A stretch of 64,000 nucleotides of DNA from Phyllobates terribilis (Eukaryota): positions 1,140,800,001 through 1,140,864,000 of the forward strand of contig NW_027362761.1 in NCBI RefSeq assembly GCF_046119375.1, given 5' to 3'. Under the pieces are notes generated by a model. It was not told the origin of the DNA, searched no databases, and saw nothing but the letters and a program-made list of their open reading frames with translations. The position numbers and the translations under genes were made by a program. Every line of letters starts with the position of its first letter. Position 1 is the stretch's first letter. Positions 38,451 through 50,725 of this stretch are shown here, piece after piece.

Positions 38451-38978
38451 TAGTGTTGAGCATTCCGATACTGAAATATCGGGTATCGACCGATATTCGC
38501 GGTATCGGAGTTCAGATACTGAGTTCCGATACTTTTACAATATCGAATACCGGAATCGGAAGTTCCCATAATGCCTGCGCTCTGCAGTGTCTCTGAAGGA
38601 TGACAAGCTGGATGGCAGCGCTCAGCTGCGATCCAGCCTGTCATCAGAATGCCATCCCAGCGTGGGAGAATTCTCCTGCTCAAGCGCTGACATTACATTA
38701 TCTCCCTTACATTACAATTAAATAGAATAGCAGGAATTAATATTTTTTTAAGACGTTAATGCCACAGCCATGGTGGTTGTGGCATTACAGTGATTGCCCA
38801 AATCGATGGATCAAGGAATCAAGGAAAGAAAGGGTTTATTTTCATTACGATATTTGTGTCCCATTGACTTGCATTGGTTTCCGGTATCGGAATCGGCGAT
38901 ATCCGATACTCAAAAAGTATCGGCCCGATCCAATCCGATCCGATATTTCCTGATATCGGAAGGTATCGCTCAACACTA
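38451..38978. mobile_element. hAT-type non-autonomous element (MITE)
   Basis: Terminal inverted repeats (TIRs) TAGTGTTGAGC / GCTCAACACTA; perfect 8-bp TSD TTCATGAC (38443-38450, 38979-38986); subterminal CCGATAY repeats. Confidence 0.85.
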
Positions 38979-38992
38979 TTCATGACCCTATA

Positions 38993-40198
38993 GCGCGGTG
39001 TGGAGAGCAGCCCGATACCTGGAGCTAGAGAGCTGAGCGCGGCCAGTCCCGCACCGCCTGCCGCCGCTGACTGCATGTATTTACTGTCTAGTGGCTCCCA
39101 CTTATCCCGCCGCCGCCGCCAGCAGCAGCACCCAGGCCCGGAAGGACCGCGACAAGAGAAGCGCCTGAGCCCGGGCTGTGAGGTGCTGAATGCAGATTAA
39201 CAGGGATGCCCAAAGAAAAATATGACCCTCCTGATCCTCGTAGAATATATACAATCATGTCAGCAGAAGAGGTGGCCAACGGCAAGAAGTCTCACTGGGA
39301 TGAATTGGAAATTTCTGGGAGGGTGCACAGTTTAAGCACATCGCTTTGGTCATTGACTCACTTAACTGTGTTGCACCTCAGTGATAACAACCTCTCTCGT
39401 ATTCCACCTGATATTGCCAAGCTCCACAATCTGGTTTATTTGGACCTCTCTTCCAATAAGCTCAGAAGTTTACCAGCAGAGCTAGGGAACGTTGTGTCTC
39501 TCAGGGAATTGCTTTTAAATAACAATCTGTTACGGGTTTTACCTTATGAGCTGGGGCGACTGTTCAGGCTTCAGACCCTGGGGTTAAAAGGCAATCCTTT
39601 ATCACAGGATATTCTCAGTCTGTACCAGGAACCAGATGGGATCAGAAAGCTACTTAACTACATGCTTGACAATCTAGCAGTTCATCCAGAACAGCTTCCT
39701 CAGAGGCCGTGGATAACGTTAAAAGAACGAGACCAAATTCTCCCCTCAGTTTCCTTCACAGTTATGTGCTACAATGTCCTTTGTGATAAATATGCTACAA
39801 GGCAGCTTTATGGCTATTGCCCTTCCTGGGCATTAAATTGGGAGTACCGGAAGAAAGGAATCATGGAAGAGATTGTCAGCTGTGATGCGGATATCATCAG
39901 CCTTCAGGAAGTTGAAACCGAGCAATATTTTACCCTTTTCCTGCCAGCATTAAAAGAACGTGGATATGATGGTTTTTTTTCTCCAAAGTCACGTGCCAAA
40001 ATAATGTCAGAGCAAGAGAAGAAGCACGTGGATGGATGTGCAATATTTTTCAGAACAGAAAAATTTTCCTTGGTGGCAAAACACACTGTGGAATTCAACC
40101 AGGTAGCGATGGCAAATTCCGAGGGGTCAGAAGCTATGCTGAATAGAGTTATGACAAAGGATAATATTGGCGTATCTGTTTTGTTAGAAGTTTCATGA
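38993..40198 (+). pseudogene. CNOT6L: Processed, 3'-truncated CNOT6L retrocopy with GC-rich 5' UTR and open 330-aa ORF (39206-40198), antisense in TRMT44 intron 1
   Basis: Intronless MPKEKYDPPDPRRIYTIMS...LRRs...YNVLCDKYAT...IISLQEVE...LLEV; 14-bp direct repeat TTCATGACCCTATA at 38979-38992 and 40192-40205; no poly(A). Confidence 0.93.
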
Positions 40199-40604
40199 CC
40201 CTATATGTAGATTTTGCATTTTATAATCTGCCATTGTTACTGCCATTTCAATTGGCTGATCATATGAGGTTTACAGAAATATGTGGGGGTGTACTCTGTT
40301 TTCTAGGGCTTGATAAAGACCTATCCAATATGTAAGGTTGAAACATTGCCGTCTCCCTGTATTATGTGATGTACTAATAAAAAAGAAGATCCTTTTTGCT
40401 ATTGTGGAAGCTGTTGTCGCTCTCTTCCCCTTTGGATCTTACGGAGGATTGGGATCATCCTCTTTTTCGCATACTTGCAACCACTACCTACATATCAATG
40501 TATTTGTGCTGAGGTACAGCCTTACACTTGTATTTTTCTAAATGTGCTACCATAGCCTGCAGCATCTCTGGACTTGTCTCCCATCGAGCACACTTGGGTC
40601 ATCA

Positions 40605-41040
40605 TTGCAGAGGGAGCTGCCTGCAGCGGATCTTGATGATTTGTCCAATTGCACAGGGAGCTGCCAGCAGCGGATTTTGAGGATTTGTCCAAAAGCACAG
40701 GGAGCAGCCAGCAGCGGATTTTGAGGATTTGTCCAAATGCACAGGGAGCTGCCAGCAGTGGATCTTGATGATTTGTCCAATTGCACAGGGAGCGGCCATC
40801 AGTGGATTTTGAGGATTTGTCCAAATGCACAGGGAGCTGCCAGCAGCAGATCTTGATGATTTGCCCAATTGCACAGGGAGCTGCCAGCAGCGGATTTTGA
40901 GGATTTGTCCAAATGCACAGGGAGCTGCCAGCAGCGGATCTTGAGGATTTGTCCAATTGCACAGGGAGCTGCCAGCAGCAGATTTTGAGGATTTGTCCAA
41001 ATGCACAGGGAGCTGCCAGCAGCGGATCTTGAGGATTTGT
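40605..41040. repeat. 44-bp minisatellite, about 10 copies
   Basis: Unit GCACAGGGAGCTGCCAGCAGCGGATTTTGAGGATTTGTCCAAAT with alternating variants. Confidence 0.93.
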
Positions 41041-41534
41041 GCATTCGGCGTAGCAGAATGTTCCTCAGATGACGATTAATGACCTCGCTGATAGCAGCCG
41101 AGACTGTAGGTGCGGGGATTTCTGCACATGGCGCTCATACTCCGTACATCGAGATGTTTTGAAAATGTTGTTTCTTTTTTTTCACCATTTGCAGATCAGT
41201 ATCGTCTGCATCCTGTGATTTCCGTAATTCCACGACTTTTCCTTCTTGGTGTTTCAGTGTTAATCTTGAGGAGTGTGACATACAACGACATAATAGTATA
41301 CGGTGTCCGCCCCGCTACTCATCACATCTTACACTATGTTAATGAACCTCCGTCTTGCTCCTCGCTCTGTATACTGAATCAATGCAGCGCGCGGCCATCA
41401 ATTCTCTCCAGGACGGCACTTTGTGGAATTACTATTGATTTCCGTCACTACAAATCTGCTAACAACACAATGGAAATAAGGAAAGCAGGAATTACTGCAA
41501 CACAAGAATGGCAAAGAGCCCCTCGGGAATCCAA

Positions 41535-41980
41535 AGGGAATCTGTCAGCAACTCTTGCTATATAATCTGAGGGCAGCATGATGTAGGGGCAGAGAGCCTG
41601 AATCCAGCGATGTGTCACTTACTGGGCTGTGTGCTGTATCTTTACTACAATCAGTGTTTTATCAGCAGCAGATTATCACTGCAGGACTGGCGTCATGTGT
41701 GGACCAGTCCAGGTAATCTGCATAACTCTTGCCCTCATCACAGATCAGCAGCTTGCTGACAATGCACAGTGTACACCGGAAGCTGCCAATCAGTGGTGTG
41801 GACGGGGTTATACACAGCTCTGCATTCAGAGCTCTGCTACATCTACAGCAGAGAAAACAGGTATTTCATTAAAACTGCACCAACCAGACCAGTAAGTGAA
41901 ACATCACTGGAATCAGGGTCTCTGCCCCTACATTATGCTGCTCTCGTGTTACATAGCAAAGACCTAGTGACAGATTCCCT
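41535..41980. mobile_element. T2/Kolobok-type MITE; reverse-oriented relative at 48585-48990
   Basis: TIR AGGGAATCTGTCA / TGACAGATTCCCT followed by TTAA; interior matches 48585-48990, which has TTAA on both sides. Confidence 0.78.
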
Positions 41981-42246
41981 TTAAACCAGGGATCACTTGA
42001 TCGCCCATATAACACTGTAATAGTCACTCTATTGTATAATTACCAGTCCTCTATAAGGCGCAGCTAACATGACAGACATGGGGGCCATGGCATCCCATCA
42101 GCAAACTATGTCGCAGGGGAGAGGTGGTGTTGAGGGACCTCAAAAGAATGGCCCCGCTTCAAACTGCCTAATTGCTACTTTTACAATTGAAAGCGGCATC
42201 TAAAAGGTTAAACTGCTGTGATCGGAGCTAGCTCTAATCACTCTTA

Positions 42247-42787
42247 GGTGGGTTTCGCATTTCCGGATATTTCCGGTACCGGAGATATCCGTGTCTGTGT
42301 GGAGCACACGTACCGGCGCCTGGGAATCAGCAGTACAGTTAGCGCTGTTCCCAAGTGCCGGGTGCTGAACGCTGCCCTCATCATTGTCCCCTGCCATCTC
42401 TGCGATCAGCACCAGCAGGGAACCATGATGAGAGTCGTAGTGTCTGCTCCTGCAGTGTCCACCTGGAAAAATAAGAATACAATTAGAGAGCGGCCCCGGA
42501 CCTCCGCTGCGCTGTGAGTGACAGGACACCGCTCGCTGCAGGAGTTATTAGTTGGGAACAGCGCTAACTGTACCGCTGATTCTCAGGCGCAGGTCCGTGT
42601 CACACGGATGGCATCTGTGTGCGCTACGTGTTTACATGGAGCCATTGACTTGAATGGGTGTGATCTGTGCCAAAACCCACGGTCCGTGGAGACACACTGA
42701 CATGTGCACAGACCCATAGATATGAATGGGTTTACGTGTGGAAACTGTCACTACACGTACCAGAAATACTGTCGTGTGAAAGAAGCC
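42247..42787. mobile_element. Harbinger-like MITE; related copy in opposite orientation at about 240-504
   Basis: TTA flanks, GG...CC ends; 42300-42420 is reverse-complement-similar to 290-420. Confidence 0.6.
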
Positions 42788-43002
42788 TTAGGTGCCTGCT
42801 GTATAACACAGCCAGCACCCACTCCACGGACTGATGGTGCTATTCTGCTGCACCTGGGGCACTACACAGCCAGCCTTAGAGGATTTTCAACAGAGCGGAG
42901 GGACAGATTTCAACACTAAAAGTAAGATTTTTGCAGGGGCCGAGTATGAGGTTCCTTTAAAAGTGGGCAACTCGATGGCTCAGTGGTCATCATATATAAG
43001 TA

Positions 43003-43355
43003 TAGTACAGACCAAAAGTTTGGACACACCTTCTCATTTAGAGATTTGAAAATTGTACATTCACACTGAAGGCATCAAAACTATGAATTAACACATGTGG
43101 AATTATATACTTAACAAAAAAGTGTGAAACAACTGAAAATATGTCTTATATTCTAGGTTCTTCAAAGTAGCCACCTTTTGCTTTGTGACTGCTTTGCACA
43201 CTCTTGGCATTCTCTTGATGAGCTTCAAGAAGTAGTCACCGGAAATGGTTTTCACTTCACAGGTGTGCACTGTCAGGTTTAATAAGTGGGATTTCTTGCC
43301 TTATAAATGGGGTTGGGACCATCAGTTGTGTTGTGCAGAAGTCAGGTGGATACAG
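43003..43355 (+). mobile_element. 5' fragment of the same DD38E Tc1 family as 50885-52458
   Basis: Near-identical to 50885-51205, including the TIR. Confidence 0.88.
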
Positions 43356-43530
43356 ATATGTTTACAGAAAATTGTGGGAAAGTTATGAAATGTCTGTCCT
43401 GTTCCTGATCTAAGGATGAATCAGTGCTGCACTTTATGTACACGCTCAGTAGCGAGGCAGTGAGGAGGAGTCAGGGAAATTGAGCAGTTAGCGGTTAAAA
43501 ACTTATATTTTTGGCAATATTTTTTTTTAA

Positions 43531-43588
<58 letters not shown>

Positions 43589-44075
43589 TAATAAACTTGC
43601 AATTTTCACATTGGGGTTTTTTTCGACTCATACTTAGTCTTTAGCAGTCTCCTTATCATCACAGACAGGATTACAAGTAACACCTCTATACACAGCTGAT
43701 AACACAGGGTCCACCAATCACAACAAGCAATGTCACATCTCACCTCCTCCTCCTCCCATCACAATGACTTTTCCACGCCCATTAGATGCTTCAATACAAA
43801 ACTTAAGGTCTGTGCATCTGACCCCTGTGTCTAATGCGCGTGTGCAGACAGAGGCCGTACGGCCTATAGTGATTGGTGGATCCTGTGTTATCTGCTGTGC
43901 ATAGAGGTGTCACCTGTCTGTGATGATAATGAGACTGCTGAAAAGTCTTCCTGATCGGACAGGAGTATGGACACGCCCCGGCTGCTGGAGTGAAAATTGA
44001 AAGATTTACATCAAACATTTTACAATAGAAAAAGTGATAAAAAAATACAGGAAACCCAGAATCCTCTGCGATCAC

Positions 44076-44385
44076 CTGTGAGGAGCAGCTCGGTGCCGGG
44101 TTCGCCGCTCTTGGGGATGAGGCTCCGCAGTGTGACCTCCCTGTCTCCGCCGTCCTCACAGCCCCTGATCCGGGCCAGCACCTCCTCATCTCCTCCCGGG
44201 CACTCCAGCCCTGACAGCAGCCTCCGCACAGCTGCCGCCTCCTCTTGGCCCCTCTTCACACAGGATCCGCACAGTCTCTTATTCAGCACCTGCGGTTTCT
44301 CCCACCACACCGCCACCGCAGCCCAGAACCCCGAGGGCAGCAGGGAGCCCGGATCCCGCACACCGATCCTCCCCAGCTCCGGCAT
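44076..44385 (-). CDS. TRMT44: TRMT44 coding exon 1 (MPELGRIGVRDPGSLLPSGFWAAVAVWWEKPQVLNKRLCG...ELLLT, ends phase 1)
   Basis: N-terminus matches recalled vertebrate TRMT44 (FWAAVxVWxExPQVxNKRLCG); donor CAG|GTGATC at 44075; GC-rich; phase fits exon 2. Confidence 0.92.
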
Positions 44386-44900
44386 CTCTCAGCTACCACG
44401 TGTGTGCGGCGCCTAGTAGTGACGTCACCATCTCAACTGTCAAACCAGATGTCCCCTTTGCATCGGCTATTGTACATGAGACTACTTCCCTCTTTTTCCC
44501 AATATTATCGGTCTTCATAAAATAGCGACCAAATGGATCCAATAATTTGTCCTCTAGGTTCAATCATGAGTGTTTCCGTAAATCCGTACGGCGCATGAGG
44601 ATGACGCAATAATGGTGCCATTACTAGCCGCCATATTGTTTACTGGCAATGCGTGACTAGACTAGGTAAGACCGTGATTTATTATTAAAATCCTCAATGG
44701 CGGCCATCTTGGTTGTGGGCAAACAGTTTGATTCGTCCTATATAAACCATATATTATATACAGGAACTTACATAATCGTTTCCACCTTTCCCCCCGATTA
44801 ATATATGTTGTGTGTACCCCGCACCACACCTCTCCACGAAATTAGAAAATCACAATCATAAATTTTGCCCATAACAAATATGGCGGAAGAGACTTCCTTT
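44386..44900. promoter_or_regulatory. Bidirectional TRMT44/ACOX3 promoter region
   Basis: Directly upstream of the TRMT44 ATG and facing ACOX3. TGACGTCA at 44420-44427, ATGACGCAAT at 44601-44610, YY1-like CCGCCATATT at 44628-44637, AATGGCGGCCATCTT near 44696 and ATATGGCGG near 44878. Head-to-head order matches recalled human 4p16. Confidence 0.7.
44560..44665 (+). other. ACOX3: Putative non-coding first exon of ACOX3 (5' end uncertain)
   Basis: Strong donor AG|GTAAGA at 44666 within the promoter; the first coding exon has an acceptor upstream of its ATG, so an upstream exon is needed. Confidence 0.45.
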
Positions 44901-45448
44901 TCTTAGATTAGAGCTGTGCCTGCTGGGAGTGGAGCCAGTTTCTGGCTGTCAATTGTGGACTCTGCTCTGTACAATCTGGGAGGTCGTGGCTGGTAAAGGT
45001 GAGCTGTGAGGGGCTTAATATGGCTGCAGGGAGGGGGGCATCATCATCATCCCATTGAGCTCTGATGTGTTCAGCTGTGGTTGTACCACAAGTCTCAGCA
45101 TGTCACAGGGGGAGATCTCACTTGTCCAATTGAAAAATGACCAATCACACCGCAGTTTTCTGGCGCTAGGTTGCTATGGGCAACAAGGCCTGCCTTACTC
45201 AGTTTTAATGCATGTGAGGCAATGTCGCAGAAAATAGCTGGGAAATTATTGGAGAGACTGTAAGACGGCCAATGGCTGATTACAGGAGGATCCGCTGTAC
45301 AGTGTCCATTTTAGGACATGATCAGATATCAAAATCAAACATCAGAATGATGTCAGTTTGAGGCTAAATACCCTGTCTGAGAACTGATTCTGACGAGTGA
45401 CTTTTACAACTGTAATAATAATAGTTAAAAAAAAAAAAAAAAGTAACT

Positions 45449-45518
45449 GTTCGCTGAGGGGACTTGAACGCAAAATTCCGTGTCCCAAAGCCGGTGCACT
45501 AACCACTAAGCTATTAAC
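45449..45518 (-). mobile_element. tRNA-derived SINE head or degenerate tRNA-like sequence
   Basis: Minus strand A-box TAGCTTAGTGG and B-box GTTCAAGTC; no intact cloverleaf seen. Confidence 0.4.
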
Positions 45519-45760
45519 TTGGTTGTAAAAACCTTGGAGTTATATTTGGTTATATGATTTTCAGTGCAAACTTGTCTAAAACTCATTGGGACTTATGCAC
45601 AGACTGCAAGCAAGCCAAATTCAAATGATGTTTGGACAGTTCAGCCAAAATGACCGGAATAATAATTTTTATTTTTATAGCGCCAACATATTCCGCAACA
45701 CTTTACAATAACATTTTTGGCGAGGCGCACACCACTGTTAAGATGCAACAAAATCATTAT

Positions 45761-46065
45761 AGGGGTTGTCCAGGTTTGGGCTCTGTAGTCATTCACACTC
45801 TGAGAGCAGACAGGCATGTGTCCATAAGTATGTGATTTGAATACATGCGGTCACATGCCGACTAAACGTGTCAGGCCTCACTCAGTACAAGCGTATTGAA
45901 CAAGGCCGGACACATCTAGTCGGAATGTGGCCAGAAGGATGCAAATCACATGACTGCCGGCACTGGAGAATCCTAACAGCGCGCACTCTGCAAGCTGTGA
46001 GGATACACTGGTCTGTTATCACATAGAGTGACTGCGGACTTGAACCCCAAGCCTGGACAACCTTT
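45761..46065. mobile_element. T2/Kolobok-type MITE; relative at about 58340-58572
   Basis: TIR AGGGGTTGTCCAGG / CCTGGACAACCTTT; shared internal TCTAGTCGGAATGTGGCC. Confidence 0.7.
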
Positions 46066-46251
46066 TTAGACTCCTGCACATCGTTATTGCCACCCATGAA
46101 GGATAAGTACATAACGGGAAATATCTCCTGAAAAAAATGAATCAAGTGAAACAGCTTTTTGGATACAGCACTCGTGTTAAGTACAAAAGAGCAAATGATA
46201 AGCAATAATTTAAAATAAAAAAACAATAAGAGGGAAAAATAGAAAACCTAA

Positions 46252-47140
46252 GGCTGCGTGCCCACTATGCGTTTTTCAAGTGTTTTTGCCTCGGAATTTC
46301 CGCAATGAAAACGCTTAAAAAACGCTTGGTAATTTGTGCCCCATGGTCCCCAATGATAATCCGCATGTGCTGTGCACATGCTGCGGAAATTTCCGCTGCG
46401 GATTATCATTGCGGAAAAATACTCAGCATGTCCATTAATTTTGCGGACACTCAGCGTAATCGCTGCCATTGACTTGCATTGAATCGCTTAATATCCGGAG
46501 CACTACATGTGCACATGCGGATGTTAAGCGATTCAATGTGCAGATGAGGAGGAGAAGAGGAGACTCTCATCCAGACCCAGGTACCATAGTACCTGTTAAA
46601 AAAAGAATTTAAAATAAAAAATGAACATATACTCACCTTCCGATGTCCCCCGGTCTCCATAGCGATGCGTCCGGTGTGTTGGGCGGCTCATGGTGGTCTA
46701 AAAGGACCTTCCATGACGTCATTTAGTCATGTGACAGGTCACGCGACCGCTGACGTCGGGAGTCGCGTGACCTGTCACATGACTAAATGACGTCATGAAA
46801 GGTCCTTTCACACCACCGCGAGCCGTACAAGAGACCGGACGGAGCGGAGAAAAGACCGGGGGCCATCAGAAGGTGAGTATAATGTTTTTTTTTTTATTTT
46901 TTACCATTTTTTTATTCTTTTTTTCAACTATTAACTTGACCAAGTTGTCTAGCACTTTTCCAAGTGATGCTAAAATCGCTTGGAAAAGCGCTTGATAACC
47001 CGCATGCAGAAATGCATGCAAAAACGCTTGACAAACGCTTCTACCTGGCAGGGAAAATGCATGTAAAATCCGCATGCGTTTTTCCTGCCAGGGAGAGGCG
47101 GAAAAAATCTGAAGCATTTTTGCATCGTGGGCACATAGCC
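46252..47140. mobile_element. PIF/Harbinger-type palindromic MITE
   Basis: TAA TSD on both sides; TIR GGCTGCGTGCCCAC / GTGGGCACATAGCC; nested inverted repeats centred on 46754. Confidence 0.82.
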
Positions 47141-47159
47141 TAAAGCTTACTGTGACACT

Positions 47160-48564
<1,405 letters not shown>

Positions 48565-49455
48565 TAGCAGCGTATGGTTCTTAAATGGAATACGTCAGCA
48601 GGGTTTTGCTGTGTAATCTGAGAGCAGCAGGAGGTAGGGGCCGATGTGTCACTTGCTGGGCTGCTTTCTGTCATTTTGATACAATCACGGTTTTCTCTGC
48701 TGCAGATCTAGCAGAGCTCTGAATGCTGAGCCCTGTATAACCCCGCCCACATCACTGATTAGCAGCTTCCTGTGTACACTGTGTATTGACAGAAAGCTGC
48801 TAATCAGTGGTAGGGGCATGGTTGGACCAGGAGGCATGAGACACCTAGTCCTGGAATCTCCTGGTGATAAAACACTGTGTTCAAACAGCAACGTACAGCC
48901 TAGTAAGTGACACATCGCTGGAATCGGGGTCTCTGTCCCTACATTATGCTGCTCTCCGATTGATATCCAAAACCTGCTGTCAGATTCCTTTTAATGATTC
49001 GGACACCAGTGTTCAGTGCATTCCCTCCACGTGGAATTATAAGCATTACATCGGTTGGATTAAAACTGATGATTTGTCTGTGTAATACAGGATCGATTCT
49101 CCGGACAGGAGACACTTTTTATTACTCCTCTCCAACCCCCATCACTGAAAGAATCTTACTATAAACTTTTATTAATACGCAATAAATAAATACGCAAACT
49201 GTGCACGGCCATTAAAATCAGACAAGACAACTGTTCCCCTTCAAAATCCCCCCCGGCCTTCACCCTACACCTTATAGTCTTCTCACAGCTTTGTGCATTG
49301 TATTTCTTGCTAGCTTAGCAGAAGAATACTTACTGCAAATGTGTAGATTTCCTTTAGTACGTTGCTGTACCCCTGATGTGTGAGGTTTACACAAATGTAT
49401 CCTGTGTCGCCACCGTAATGGGCAGCACGGGATGTCGGTAGTGTTTCATTGGGCA

Positions 49456-49601
49456 GTGCGTATGCCCAGCCGTGGGGCGGCGCGCATGCCCAGCCGTGGG
49501 GCGGCGCGCATGCCCAGCCGTTGGGTGGCGCGCATGCACAGACGTGGGGCGGCGCGCATGCCCAGCCGTTGGGTGGCGCGCATGCACAGACGTGGGGCGG
49601 C
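49456..49601. repeat. 22-bp GC-rich minisatellite
   Basis: Recurring GCGCATGCCCAGCCGTGGGGCG, about 6 copies. Confidence 0.85.
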
Positions 49602-49852
49602 ACAATCTCGGCAAGTTACGCTGAGAGCTGATGATGACTGCCACACCGGTTACATTTGCTCAGATACATCCTATATACGTCTCGCTTTTGCCAAATATTC
49701 CCCCATATTGTGTTTGGGTGAAACTGAACTTAAAGGTATTGTCTAGTTTTCACCAAAGGTGATAACCGATTGGCAGAACGGCAAATTTTTATTCCAGACG
49801 GGGAAATTTGATTCTTGTTACCAAGTATAGCAGCAGGTGAGATTGTTTTTCT

Positions 49853-50725
49853 TATTATTATTTATATAGCACAGTTGATTCCATGGTGCTGTACATGAGG
49901 AGGGGTTACATACAAAATACAGATATCAATTACAGACGGGTGCAGAGGGAGGAGGACCCTGCCCTTGCGGGCTTGCATTCTACAGGATGATGGGGAAGGA
50001 GACAGTAGGTTGGGGGTGGCGGCAGCTCCGCTGTTGGTGAGGCGGCAGCTCCGCTGTTGGTGAGGCGGCAGCTCCGCTGTTGGTGAGGCGGCAGCTCCGC
50101 TGTTGGTGAGACGGCAGCTCCGCTGTTGGTGAGGCGGCAGCTCCGGTGTTGGTGAGGCGGCAGCAACTAAGCTGGTGGTGAGGAGGCAGCCGGGTCATTG
50201 CATGTTGTAGGCTTTCTTGAAGAGATGGGTTTTCAAACTCCATCTGAAGGATCCGAACGTGGCAGATTAGCGTATGTGTTGGGGCACAGAATTCCAGAGG
50301 ATGGGGGATATTCAGGAGAAATTTTGGAGGCGATTGGGTGAGGAACGAATAATTGAGGAGGAAAGAAGGAGATTTTGAGAGGAGCGGAAATTGCGTGAGG
50401 GGGGATTAGTTCTGAGATATACAGAGGAGAAAGGTTATGGATGACTTTTTAGTTCAGTATTAGTAGTTTAAACTGGATACTCTGGGGAATTGGGAGCCAG
50501 TGAAGGGATTTGCAGAGGGGAGAAGCCGAGGAATAGCGAGTAGAGAGGAGGAATAGTCAGGCAACAGAATTAAGGATGGACTGGAGGGGTACGAGAGTCT
50601 TAGCAGATAGGCCACAGAGGAGGACATTGCAGTAGTCAGAGCGGGAGATGATGAGGGCATGCACTAGTATTTTAGTAGATTGAAGGTTGATGAAAGGACG
50701 GATTCTGGAAATATTTTTGAGCTCT
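49853..50725 (-). mobile_element. L2 (CR1-clade) LINE 3' fragment with (TAA)n tail
   Basis: Minus-strand RIRPFI...LVHALIISR.DYCN..L.G...SLHWLP; L2-like 3' end at 49853-49895. Similar 3' ends at 17602-17660 (+) and 45660-45706 (-). Confidence 0.8.
50020..50165. repeat. 22-bp minisatellite inside the L2 fragment
   Basis: GGCGGCAGCTCCGCTGTTGGTGA-type unit, about 6 copies. Confidence 0.88.

Noticed and set aside
39206-40198. CNOT6L as an ordinary host gene, or CNOT6
   Set aside because: Intronless, truncated, TSD-flanked and inside a TRMT44 intron; sequence matches CNOT6L (YDPPDPRRIYTIMS) better than recalled CNOT6.
40522-41044. Cys-rich repetitive ORFs
   Set aside because: Translations of the 44-bp minisatellite.
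45449-45518. Functional tRNA-Pro gene
   Set aside because: A/B boxes present, but acceptor and anticodon stems do not pair convincingly.
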